Assembly (NCBI GenBank): GCA_021735655.1
Contig: JAIPGM010000003.1
Location: 1-64,000, forward strand
Origin: Candidatus Omnitrophota bacterium
GTDB taxonomy: Bacteria > Omnitrophota > Gorgyraeia > Duberdicusellales > 4484-171
Reading direction: 5' to 3'
Length of the DNA stretch: 64,000 nt
In this document: piece after piece, positions 1 to 8,887 of the stretch
Layout: every line of letters starts with the position of its first letter
Numbering within the stretch: position 1 is the first letter of the stretch
The notes under the pieces: model-generated
The model's input: the letters and a program-made list of their open reading frames with translations, nothing else
The model's database searches: none
Told to the model about the DNA's origin: nothing
Made by a program: the position numbers and the translations under genes

Positions 1-141
1 GGTATTTGAAGATTTTAGTAATTTTAAATTACAATCTGATAAAAAAGTTTACCATTTATCTCCAGCCTAATGTAGGGCTTGCGATAAATGGCTTGATATT
101 TTGAGAGTAGAATATACTGGACAATTAACATAGGAGAAAGA

Positions 142-1011
142 ATGAAAGGGATAATTTTGGCCGGAGGCAAGGCTACAAGGCTTTATCCGATAACCAGGGG
201 GGTTTGCAAGCAGATGCTCCCAGTTTACGATAAGCCACTAATTTACTATCCGCTTTCGGTTTTAATGCTTACTGGCATTAAAGACATTTTAATTATTTCA
301 ACGCCTCGCGATACTGAACGCTTTAAAGAGTTATTAGGTGATGGTAGTTCCCTAGGGGTGAATTTTTCCTATAAAGTGCAGGATAAGCCTGAAGGTATAG
401 CCCAAGCCTTTATTCTGGCTGAAGAGTTTATTGGTAAAGACAGTGTTTGTTTAATCTTAGGCGATAATATTTTATATGGACATGATATCTCTGAACTTTT
501 AATTAAAGCCGCCAAAGATGTGTCTGGTGGAGTTATTTTTGGCTATTATGTGAAAGATCCTGAACGATATGGAGTAATTGAATTTGATAATGAGCATAGG
601 ATTTTATCAATTGACGAGAAGCCAAAGGATCCAAAATCAAACTGGGCAGTAACTGGTTTATACTTTTATGATAATCAGGTAGTTAAAATTGCTAAGTCCC
701 TAAAGCCCTCGGCTCGTGGTGAGCTTGAAATTACCGACGTCAATAAAGAGTACTTAAAAAAGGGCAAGTTAAAAACTAAACTTTTAAGTCGTGGTTATGC
801 CTGGCTTGATACCGGAACCCACGATGCTTTAATTGACGCTTCAATGTTTATAAAGACCATTGAAGATCGTCAAGGCTTAAAAGTGGGCTGCATTGAAGAG
901 GTGGCCTATCGTAAGGGTTATATCAATGCTAAACAATTAGAACAGTTAGCCAAGCAGTTAAATACAAGCTATGGTCAATATTTATTGAGAATTTTAACCG
1001 AGCGAGGGTAA
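142..1011 (+). CDS. rfbA: glucose-1-phosphate thymidylyltransferase
   Basis: N-terminal [18 protein letters not shown] and the overall RmlA-like sequence at 289 aa. An AGGAGA RBS sits at 132-137. Confidence 0.9.
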   Translation: MKGIILAGGKATRLYPITRGVCKQMLPVYDKPLIYYPLSVLMLTGIKDILIISTPRDTERFKELLGDGSSLGVNFSYKVQDKPEGIAQAFILAEEFIGKDSVCLILGDNILYGHDISELLIKAAKDVSGGVIFGYYVKDPERYGVIEFDNEHRILSIDEKPKDPKSNWAVTGLYFYDNQVVKIAKSLKPSARGELEITDVNKEYLKKGKLKTKLLSRGYAWLDTGTHDALIDASMFIKTIEDRQGLKVGCIEEVAYRKGYINAKQLEQLAKQLNTSYGQYLLRILTERG

Positions 1012-1012
1012 A

Positions 1013-1573
1013 ATGTCATTTGAATTTAAAAGATTAGAAATCCCCGAGGTTGTTTTAATTAAGCCTAAATTACGCAGTGACGAAAGAGGCTTTTTTCTTG
1101 AAGCCTATAAACAGAGTGATTTTGTTAAATTTGGCATAACTGATGAATTTGTTCAAGAGAATCATTCTAAATCTTTTGCTAAGGGGGTAATCAGGGGTTT
1201 ACATTTTCAAAAGAAACCTTTCGAGCAGGCAAAGTTAGTAAGAGTGATTGCTGGTAGCGCTTTAGATGTGGCGGTTGATATTCGTCGTGGTTCACCTACC
1301 TTTGGAAAGTGGGTTTCGGCATTACTTTCAACGAAGAATCAGTCGATTCTTTATATACCAACCGGTTTTGCCCACGGGTTTTGTACTTTAGAAGAAAATA
1401 CCGAAGTTATTTATGGTTGTAGTAGTGAGTATTCGCCTCAGCATGATCGAGGGGTTATTTGGTCTGATCAAAATATCGGCATACATTGGCCGATTCTTAA
1501 ACCGGTTCTTTCTGAGCGCGATAAAAAATGGCCGATGTTGAAAGAGGCTGACATTGGGTTTAACTATGTCTAA
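1013..1573 (+). CDS. rfbC: dTDP-4-dehydrorhamnose 3,5-epimerase
   Basis: 186-aa cupin with RmlC-like motifs (GLHFQ, FGKW, PTGFAHGF). Its start abuts the rfbA stop. Confidence 0.85.
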   Translation: MSFEFKRLEIPEVVLIKPKLRSDERGFFLEAYKQSDFVKFGITDEFVQENHSKSFAKGVIRGLHFQKKPFEQAKLVRVIAGSALDVAVDIRRGSPTFGKWVSALLSTKNQSILYIPTGFAHGFCTLEENTEVIYGCSSEYSPQHDRGVIWSDQNIGIHWPILKPVLSERDKKWPMLKEADIGFNYV

Positions 1574-1645
1574 AAATATTTTAAAACTGGTTTTGGACGT
1601 AGATTTTTTAAAAACAGACTAGAGAATTTTTTAAAAATAACAGAA

Positions 1646-1719
1646 CTTGCTGGCTCGCGTGGCGGGCGGGTCGGCCTCAGCACCCTCATAAGCGTACTGA
1701 GGGGATGAGTTTTAGCAAG
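1646..1719 (+). promoter_or_regulatory. GC-rich nested inverted repeat in the rfbB 5' leader; the outer stem overlaps the RBS
   Basis: Outer stem: cttgct (1646-1651) pairs with agcaag (1714-1719). Inner stem: cctcag pairs with ctgagg. The GC-rich island sits in otherwise AT-rich DNA. The SD-like caaggaag lies within the outer 3' arm. Confidence 0.3.
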
Positions 1720-1729
1720 GAAGTGCATT

Positions 1730-3697
1730 ATGAATATATTAGTTACAGGCGGAGCAGGTTTTATAGGTTCACATTTCATTAGGCATCTGCTTAAGAGTCA
1801 CAATCACCGTGTCTTTAACCTTGATAACTTGAGTTATGCCGGAGATTTAGCCAGGCTTAAAGATGTCGAGAAGAACAGCAGGTATCATTTTATAAAGGGA
1901 GATATACGGAATATTGAAAACATTGAGGGAGTTTTTTCTCATGACATCGATACAGTGGTTCATTTAGCTGCCGAAAGCATTCCCGAGGATGTTTATGTCC
2001 CAGTCCAATCTGTCCCCAAGATAGGGACAAGAACAATTACATTTGGTGAGTTGTGGAAAGAACAGTCCAAAAATAATAAGCCCATAAAGAACGAAAAGGG
2101 CGAAGCAATATTTTTAAGAGGCAAACAGACGAAAATTTTAAGTTTTCTGAATGGTGGTCAATGGATGCCAGTCAAAGCAATTACTCGACATAGGTATAAA
2201 GGTAAGATCATAAAACTAATTCAGAAACAAGGAGTTATAAAAGCAACTCCAAACCATTCTATTTATAGTTCAAGTCTTGAGTTGACCAATCCACACACTA
2301 ACCCGGAGTTATTGGTTATTAGAGAAATAAACGAGATAAAAAAAAGGAATAAGAGAAAAAGCTTGGCACTTTTGGAAATTTTAGCAGCTTATATAACAGA
2401 AGGAAATGCGACTTTCAATAAAGCTAATGGCGGATATATCATAGAAATTAATCAAACTAACAAGGGATGGATTGAACATATAGGAGAACTAATTAGAAAA
2501 GAGTTTTCGTTAAAATTCTATATCGGTAAACATAAAAATAAACAGCATAAAGATGTGTTTTATTTACAGGTGTCCAATAAGAAGTTTTTCAATTATTTAA
2601 TAAAAAATTGTGGAAAATATTGTGATGGAAAATTCTTTCCAGATTGGATTTTTGATTTAGAGAGTAATCAACGGAGTTTTTTTTGGAGTAAGTTACTTGA
2701 AGGCGATGGCACTAAAGATGGCAGGTATTCTACGACTTCTTACAAATTAACGAATCAAATCAGCCTCCTTTTGACATTACAAGGAAAAAAATTCAAAGTT
2801 TTTGAATACGATAGAAAGAACTATAAAAGAAGCTGGGAGTTCAAGACTGAATTATCTGGTCAGCATTATGGATTGGTGAAGAGAAAAAAACAGGAAATTC
2901 AATATGAAGGATGGGTTTATGATCTGGAAGTAGAAAAGAGCCACAATTTCGTTTGTGGAATAGGAAATGTAGTTTGTCATAATACCCATGTCGACAATTC
3001 GATTAAGGATCCTTTTGTTTTTGAGGCGGTAAATGTTCGAGGAACGCTCAACCTCCTAGCTTGCGCCAGAAAACACAAGGTTACAAGATTTATTCATATC
3101 TCAACTGATGAAGTTTATGGAGAGATAGAAGAGGGTAAATTTACTGAGGATTCGCATTTAGCACCAAATTCACCTTATTCAGCTTCTAAAGCTGCTGGTG
3201 ATTTTTTTGTTCGTTCTTATATCCGTACTTTTGACTTTCCGGCGATTATTATCCGACCTTCTAATAACTATGGTCCTTGGCAGTATCCTGAGAAGTTTAT
3301 ACCGGTAGCTATATCTAGTGTCTTGGCTGATAAGAAGATACCAGTTTATGCTCAAGGTTTAAATTGTCGCGAATGGCTGTATGTTACTGATTGCGTTAAG
3401 GGTATTGCTTTAATTATGGATAAGGGTAAAGTCGGCGAAGTCTATAATTTAGGTTCAAATATTGAGAGACGAAATATTGATTTAGCTAAAGAGATACTTA
3501 AGATTCTTAATAAGCCCGATGATTTTATTAATTTTGTTGCTGATCGTCCCGGACACGATTTTCGGTATTGCCTAGATTCAGCTAAAGTCAATAATTTGGG
3601 CTGGAGTCCGGAAGTAGGCTTCGAAATTGGCATAACTGCTACTGTTGAATGGTATAAGAATAAGAGAACTTGGACTGAAGGTAAGTTGAGCCGATAA
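1730..3697 (+). CDS. rfbB: dTDP-glucose 4,6-dehydratase precursor containing an intein
   Basis: The N-terminus VTGGAGFIGSH...HLAAE and the C-terminal part (THVDNSI, YSASKAAGD, PSNNYGP) match RmlB. A 336-aa insert separates them. The precursor is 655 aa; a typical RmlB is about 330-350 aa. Confidence 0.85.
   Translation: MNILVTGGAGFIGSHFIRHLLKSHNHRVFNLDNLSYAGDLARLKDVEKNSRYHFIKGDIRNIENIEGVFSHDIDTVVHLAAESIPEDVYVPVQSVPKIGTRTITFGELWKEQSKNNKPIKNEKGEAIFLRGKQTKILSFLNGGQWMPVKAITRHRYKGKIIKLIQKQGVIKATPNHSIYSSSLELTNPHTNPELLVIREINEIKKRNKRKSLALLEILAAYITEGNATFNKANGGYIIEINQTNKGWIEHIGELIRKEFSLKFYIGKHKNKQHKDVFYLQVSNKKFFNYLIKNCGKYCDGKFFPDWIFDLESNQRSFFWSKLLEGDGTKDGRYSTTSYKLTNQISLLLTLQGKKFKVFEYDRKNYKRSWEFKTELSGQHYGLVKRKKQEIQYEGWVYDLEVEKSHNFVCGIGNVVCHNTHVDNSIKDPFVFEAVNVRGTLNLLACARKHKVTRFIHISTDEVYGEIEEGKFTEDSHLAPNSPYSASKAAGDFFVRSYIRTFDFPAIIIRPSNNYGPWQYPEKFIPVAISSVLADKKIPVYAQGLNCREWLYVTDCVKGIALIMDKGKVGEVYNLGSNIERRNIDLAKEILKILNKPDDFINFVADRPGHDFRYCLDSAKVNNLGWSPEVGFEIGITATVEWYKNKRTWTEGKLSR
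1976..2983 (+). mobile_element. intein with LAGLIDADG homing endonuclease domain inserted in rfbB
   Basis: Begins with Ser after HLAAE. Block B-like ATPNHSIY. LAGLIDADG-like LLEILAAYITEGNAT and WSKLLEGDGTKDG. Block F/G WVYDLEVEKSHNFVCGIGNVVCHN, followed by the Thr(+1)HVDNSI extein. Confidence 0.8.
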
Positions 3698-3699
3698 AT

Positions 3700-4629
3700 A
3701 TGGAAAAGCAAGCCAAGATTTATATTGCCGGACACACAGGATTAGTTGGAAGAGCTCTTTTACGTGAGCTTAAAAAAGAAGGTTATGCTAATTTATTAAC
3801 CAGAACCCACCAAGAGCTAGATCTCACCCACCAGACAGAAGTTGAAAGATTTTTTAGCCAAGAGCGTCCTGACTATGTATTTTTAGCTGCGGCTCGAGTT
3901 GGCGGAATCGGCGCAAACAACAGTTACCCGGCAGAATTTATCTATGAAAACCTTATGATTCAGGCTAACGTTATTAATTCAGCATATACCTCAGGGGTTA
4001 AGAAGCTTTTATTCTTTAGCAGTGCTTGCATGTATCCTAAGTATTGCCCTCAGCCAATGAAGGAAGATAGTTTATTGACAGGGTGCCTAGAGCTAACCAG
4101 CGAACCTTATGCTATAGCTAAAATCGCTGGGGTAAAAATGTGTGAGGCTTATAATCGTCAATACAAAACAGGATTTATCTGTATTATACCTTCAAATATT
4201 TATGGTCCTGACGATCATTTTGGTTCTCAAGATTCACATGTGCTTCCGGCTTTGATTGATAAATTTCATAAAGCTAAGATTGCCAATGAACCTTCAGTGA
4301 TAGTTTGGGGGAGTGGAAATTGTAAAAGAGAATTTATCTATGTAGATGATGTTGCTTCGGCTGCAATTTTTCTTATGAATTTATTTGAAATTCATTCTTA
4401 TGTTAATTTGGGATACGGAGAAGATATAACTATAAAAGAGCTAATTGTTGCAGTGAAAGAAATTGTCGGATATAAGGGCGAGATCGTGTTTGATAAGTCT
4501 AAGCCTGATGGAATTTTACGAAAAGCTCTAGATAGTAGCAGAATATTATCTTTTGGCTGGAAGCCAAAGACGTCTTTAGCTAGCGGGTTGGACAAGACCT
4601 ATAAGAGTTTTTTAAAAAAATTTAGTTAA
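3700..4629 (+). CDS. fcl: GDP-L-fucose synthase family 3,5-epimerase/4-reductase (Fcl/WcaG homolog)
   Basis: IYIAGHTGLVG, YVFLAAARVGGIGANNSYPAEFIYENL, QPMKE, EPYAIAKIAG and YNRQY are typical of Fcl. No gmd is seen in the window. Confidence 0.7.
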   Translation: MEKQAKIYIAGHTGLVGRALLRELKKEGYANLLTRTHQELDLTHQTEVERFFSQERPDYVFLAAARVGGIGANNSYPAEFIYENLMIQANVINSAYTSGVKKLLFFSSACMYPKYCPQPMKEDSLLTGCLELTSEPYAIAKIAGVKMCEAYNRQYKTGFICIIPSNIYGPDDHFGSQDSHVLPALIDKFHKAKIANEPSVIVWGSGNCKREFIYVDDVASAAIFLMNLFEIHSYVNLGYGEDITIKELIVAVKEIVGYKGEIVFDKSKPDGILRKALDSSRILSFGWKPKTSLASGLDKTYKSFLKKFS

Positions 4630-4680
4630 GGTTGTGTTTTGCGATAGAAAGTAATATTTATTTTAATATAAGGAGGTTAT

Positions 4681-5520
4681 GTGAAGAAAACAATTAAAAG
4701 TTTAAGAAAAAAAGCTGAAAACATAAGGAAAAATGTTTTAAATATGTGTATTCAGGCCCAAACCGGGCATGTTACCTCTTCTTTGTCTTGTATTGATATT
4801 TTGGTTTCTTTATACCATGGTAATGTCATGCGTCATAGGCCTAATGATCCTGGTTGGGAACAAAGGGATCGATTTATTTTAAGCAAAGGCCAAGCATCTC
4901 CGGCTTTGTATGCAGTTTTGGCTGATTGTGGTTATTTTAATTCGAAAGAACTTAATAATTTTGCTCAAAAAGGCGGAAATTTTGGCGTACACCTACAAGA
5001 TAGTGTACCCGGCGTTGAAATAACTTCTGGCTCACTGGGGCAAGGGTTTGGTTTGGCAGCTGGATTAGCATTAGGGGCTAAAAAGAATCGCAATCTTCAC
5101 TTAGTATTCACTTTACTAGGAGATGGTGAATGTTATGAGGGGTCTATTTGGGAGACAGCTATGTTCGCGGCTCATAATCAATTGAATAATCTCGTAGCAA
5201 TAGTTGATAGAAATTATCTCTGCGTAACTGATTTTACTGAAAATTTAATTGCTTTAGAGCCGTTAGATAAGAAATGGCAAGCTTTTGGTTGGGAAGTTAA
5301 ACGTATTAATGGTCATTCGATCGAGGAAATAATTTCAACTTTATGTCCTTTGCGTTCTAGGCCTTCAAGCAAGCCTCTTGTTGTTATCGCCGATACTGTA
5401 AAGGGAGAAGGAGCTGCTTCTTTGTGCTATCAGCCGTTATGTCATGGAATAGCACCTAAAGGAGAAGAAGCTGAAATAGCTATCAGAGAATTAGAAGGGA
5501 GGTTATGCGATTATGAATAA
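4681..5520 (+). CDS. transketolase, N-terminal (ThDP pyrophosphate-binding) subunit
   Basis: GTG start after an AAGGAGG RBS. Motifs GHVTSSLSCIDIL, DRFILSKGQASPALYAVLA and GSLGQGFGLAAGLA. Confidence 0.85.
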   Translation: MKKTIKSLRKKAENIRKNVLNMCIQAQTGHVTSSLSCIDILVSLYHGNVMRHRPNDPGWEQRDRFILSKGQASPALYAVLADCGYFNSKELNNFAQKGGNFGVHLQDSVPGVEITSGSLGQGFGLAAGLALGAKKNRNLHLVFTLLGDGECYEGSIWETAMFAAHNQLNNLVAIVDRNYLCVTDFTENLIALEPLDKKWQAFGWEVKRINGHSIEEIISTLCPLRSRPSSKPLVVIADTVKGEGAASLCYQPLCHGIAPKGEEAEIAIRELEGRLCDYE

Positions 5521-6451
5521 TATTTCTCAGCGTGATGCTTTTTGGAATAAGGTGTATGACAAGGCTGTTTTAGATAAAAATATCATCGTTGTCTCAGCTG
5601 ACATGGGTGCTCCAGCCCTTGATCAATTCAGGAAAGATTTTCCCTCACAGTTTGTTAATGTCGGAATTGCTGAGCAGAATGGTATAGCTATATCAGCTGG
5701 CCTTGCTTTAAGTGGTAAAAAAGTTTTTGTTTATGCGATAGCCCCGTTTATTACTTTACGTTGCTTGGAGCAAATAAGAGTAAACAATGCGATTATGAAC
5801 ATACCGATAACTATAGTTGGGGTTGGTGCCGGATTTGGTTACGAGGATTCAGGGCCGACGCATCATATTACTGAAGATCTTGCGATTATGCGTTCTATGC
5901 CCAACATAACAATTCATAGTATATCTGATAGTATCATGTCTCGAGCCATGGCTGTTATATCGTGCCAAATGAAGAACACTAATTACGTACGTTTAGATCG
6001 TTTAGTCCTTCCGAATTTATATCAAGAAAATGAGGATTTTTCTAAAGGTCTGTCAATTTTAGAAGAGTCAAAAGAAGCTTATATCATTGCAACCGGAAGT
6101 ATGGTTCATGTTGCTTTAGAGGCAGCAAAAAATATTAAGCAGCAAGGCTTTGATATCGGCGTAATTGATGTTTATTCTTTGCCGTTTAACGAAAAATTAC
6201 TTATTGATTTTATAAAAGGAGTTAAAAGGGTCGTGACCTTGGAAGAACATTTTCTTCCCGGTGGCCTTGGCAGTGCGGTCTGTGAAGTCATGCAGGATAA
6301 GGGGGTGTTATTGCCGGTTAAACGAATTGGCTTGTCTATGGAAAAGGGCTATTGCTATAAATATGGTGGCAGAGATATCATAAGAAGTTATTATGGTGTT
6401 GATTCTGGGTCCGTGACAAATATAGTGTCTGATTTTTTACAAGGAAAGTAA
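5513..6451 (+). CDS. transketolase, C-terminal (pyrimidine-binding) subunit
   Basis: GIAEQNGIAISAGLALSGKK and GPTHHITEDLAIMRSMPN. Overlaps the upstream gene by 8 nt. Confidence 0.85.
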   Translation: MNNISQRDAFWNKVYDKAVLDKNIIVVSADMGAPALDQFRKDFPSQFVNVGIAEQNGIAISAGLALSGKKVFVYAIAPFITLRCLEQIRVNNAIMNIPITIVGVGAGFGYEDSGPTHHITEDLAIMRSMPNITIHSISDSIMSRAMAVISCQMKNTNYVRLDRLVLPNLYQENEDFSKGLSILEESKEAYIIATGSMVHVALEAAKNIKQQGFDIGVIDVYSLPFNEKLLIDFIKGVKRVVTLEEHFLPGGLGSAVCEVMQDKGVLLPVKRIGLSMEKGYCYKYGGRDIIRSYYGVDSGSVTNIVSDFLQGK

Positions 6452-6454
6452 ATT

Positions 6455-7387
6455 ATGAAAATACTAGTAACTGGTGGAGCGGGCTATTTAGGTTCAATAA
6501 TGGTTCCTCGTTTATTAAATTCCGGTCACGATGTCGTCGTTGTTGATTCTTTTGCCTATCGTCAATCATCTTTGCTTGATTGTTGCAATAATAAGAAGCT
6601 GACTATAGAAAGGGCCGATACTTTAGATGAGCGAGTAATCGCGCGGCAAATTAAAAATGTTGATGCTATTTTTCCTTTAGCTTGTCTTACCGGTGCACCG
6701 CTTTGCGATAACCAGCCTGATGAGGCCAGACGCGTAATTGTTGAAGCCATAAGATTAATTCTTAAGTTGCGTTCTAAAGGACAAGCCATTATTTATCCCA
6801 CTACTAATAGCGGCTATGGTATAGGCCAAAAAGGTATTTTTTGTAACGAGAAAACTCCTTTGCGGCCAGTTTCGCTTTATGGAAAACTGAAAGTTGAGGC
6901 TGAGAAAATTTTGCTCGATGCGGGAGATTGTATTACTTTACGATTAGCAACTGCTTTTGGTATAAGTCCACGAATGCGTTTGGATTTATTAGTTAATGAT
7001 TTTACTTATCGAGCCGTAACAGATAAGTTCATAATTCTTTTTGAATCACATTTTAAAAGAAACTATATCCATGTTCGCGATGTGGCTAAAGCTTTTATCC
7101 ATGGATTGGATAATTTCCAAACCATGAAAAACCAAGCCTACAATGTTGGATTAAGCGATGCAAATTTAAGCAAGTGGGAGTTATGTCAGGAGATTAAAAA
7201 ACAAGTTCCTGATTTTTATTTTATTGAGGCCGAAGTCGGCCAAGATCCCGATAAAAGAGACTATATTGTAAGCAATGCGAAAATCGAAAATAAAGGCTTT
7301 AAGCCCGATGTTTCGTTGGAGGATGGTATAACTGAGTTGATAAAAGGATACCAAATCATTAGAAAGAATCAATATTCTAATGTCTAA
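6455..7387 (+). CDS. NAD-dependent epimerase/dehydratase family protein (extended SDR)
   Basis: ILVTGGAGYLGS Rossmann motif and YGKLK catalytic YxxxK. Confidence 0.7.
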   Translation: MKILVTGGAGYLGSIMVPRLLNSGHDVVVVDSFAYRQSSLLDCCNNKKLTIERADTLDERVIARQIKNVDAIFPLACLTGAPLCDNQPDEARRVIVEAIRLILKLRSKGQAIIYPTTNSGYGIGQKGIFCNEKTPLRPVSLYGKLKVEAEKILLDAGDCITLRLATAFGISPRMRLDLLVNDFTYRAVTDKFIILFESHFKRNYIHVRDVAKAFIHGLDNFQTMKNQAYNVGLSDANLSKWELCQEIKKQVPDFYFIEAEVGQDPDKRDYIVSNAKIENKGFKPDVSLEDGITELIKGYQIIRKNQYSNV

Positions 7388-7390
7388 ATT

Positions 7391-8887
7391 ATGATGTCAT
7401 TGGATCTAGTATTAGTAAATCCGAGTAGTAAAAAGCAGATGTATGGCAGTTTAAGCGATAGCTTAATCGGTATTGAACCACCAATATGGACAGCTTTGAT
7501 CGCTGCCTTTGTGCGCCGGAAAGGTTTTTCGGTAGCGATAATTGATGCTGTAGCTGAAGGTTTGGGCCCAACAGAAGTTTTTAATAGAATAAGGGAGTAT
7601 AACCCAAGAGTTATCGGCCTTGCTGCGATTGGAGCTAATCCTTCGGCGGCATCAACACCAAAAATGCTTGCTGTAAGAAGTCTATTGAATTTAATTCAAG
7701 AGAATAATTTTGATTCCAAGACCGTTCTTTACGGTATTCATCCTTCGGCTTTAGCCGAAGAAACCCTCAGAGAGGAGAAGATTGATTTCGTAATTAAAGG
7801 AGAAGCTTTTTATCCAATTTTAAATATTTTAAAAGAAACAAAATCGCAAGATATAGACGATTTATCGTTTAATAAGGGCATTTGTTATCTTCGGGATAAA
7901 AAGTTTATTTCTGGCGGTTGGGCTAAAGTAGTTGAGAATTTAGATGAATTACCCTTCGCAGCTTGGGATCTTTTACCGATGGATAAGTATCGAGCTCATA
8001 ATTGGCATTGTTTTGGCCATATAAGACAACGTTCTCCTTATGCCATAATTTACACTAGTTTTGGCTGCCCTTTCGATTGTAAATATTGTAATATTCATAG
8101 TCTTTACGGTGGTTCTCCGGGCATACGTTATCGTAGCCCTGAAAAGGTGGTCGAGGAAATCGATTTTCTAGTGAAAAATTATAATATTAAGCATTTAAAA
8201 ATACTTGATGAGCTTTTTGTTTCAGAAAAATCTAGGGTCGATAGATTTTGTGATCTGCTTATTAAACGTAACTACCGAATAAATATATGGGCTTATGCCA
8301 GAGTTGATACGGTTAATGAATTATTGCTAAAAAAATTAAAACAAGCTGGAGTAAATTGGATTTGCTATGGGTTCGAGGCAGCTAGCAAAAAAGTCCGGGA
8401 CGGCGTATCTAAGGGTAGGTTTGACCAGGAAGCTATTTATGAAGCTGCTCGTATAACTCATGATGCCGGGATTCATATAATCGGTAATTTTATGTTTGGT
8501 CTTCCTGATGATGATCAACAATCTATGCAAGAAACATTAAATTTAGCTAAAAAGTTACGTTGCGAATACGTGAACTTTTATACTACCATGGCTTATCCTG
8601 GTTCAAAGCTTTATCAAGAAGCAATAAAGCAGAAAAAGCAACTTCCGAAAAGCTGGTCAGGGTACTCTCAGTTTAGTTACGAAACTTTACCTTTGCCAAC
8701 AAAATATCTTTCTAGTGCCGAAGTTCTAAGCTTTAGAGACCGAGCTTTCGTGGATTATTATAGCGATCCCGAGTATAGCGCTATGATTAAAGAAGTTTTT
8801 GGCGAGGATACAGTTGAGCATATAAAAGATATGCTTAAATATAAATTAAAAAGGAAGCTGTTGGAAACTGAAGGAGTAAAGACATGA
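7391..8887 (+). CDS. B12-binding domain radical SAM protein (class B methyltransferase-like)
   Basis: N-terminal cobalamin-binding-like region, then CPFDCKYC (CxxxCxxC) near residue 225. 498 aa. Confidence 0.75.
   Translation: MMSLDLVLVNPSSKKQMYGSLSDSLIGIEPPIWTALIAAFVRRKGFSVAIIDAVAEGLGPTEVFNRIREYNPRVIGLAAIGANPSAASTPKMLAVRSLLNLIQENNFDSKTVLYGIHPSALAEETLREEKIDFVIKGEAFYPILNILKETKSQDIDDLSFNKGICYLRDKKFISGGWAKVVENLDELPFAAWDLLPMDKYRAHNWHCFGHIRQRSPYAIIYTSFGCPFDCKYCNIHSLYGGSPGIRYRSPEKVVEEIDFLVKNYNIKHLKILDELFVSEKSRVDRFCDLLIKRNYRINIWAYARVDTVNELLLKKLKQAGVNWICYGFEAASKKVRDGVSKGRFDQEAIYEAARITHDAGIHIIGNFMFGLPDDDQQSMQETLNLAKKLRCEYVNFYTTMAYPGSKLYQEAIKQKKQLPKSWSGYSQFSYETLPLPTKYLSSAEVLSFRDRAFVDYYSDPEYSAMIKEVFGEDTVEHIKDMLKYKLKRKLLETEGVKT

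Noticed and set aside
93-118. A possible sigma70-like promoter upstream of rfbA (ttgata ... tatact)
   Set aside because: The hexamers are spaced only about 14 nt apart, so the match is poor. It is not reported as a feature.
1570-1779. The minus-strand ORFs in the six-frame track, here and throughout (for example 3442-3735, 6562-6789, 21538-21867, 32424-32900, 50777-51148)
   Set aside because: All are short and lie antisense inside + strand genes that have strong family-level motif support. They have no RBS or homology signal and are read as shadow ORFs.
3700-4629. Calling this gene a definite GDP-L-fucose synthase for fucose production
   Set aside because: The family assignment is solid, but gmd is absent from the window. 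Close homologs act on GDP-heptoses. The product call is left at family level.
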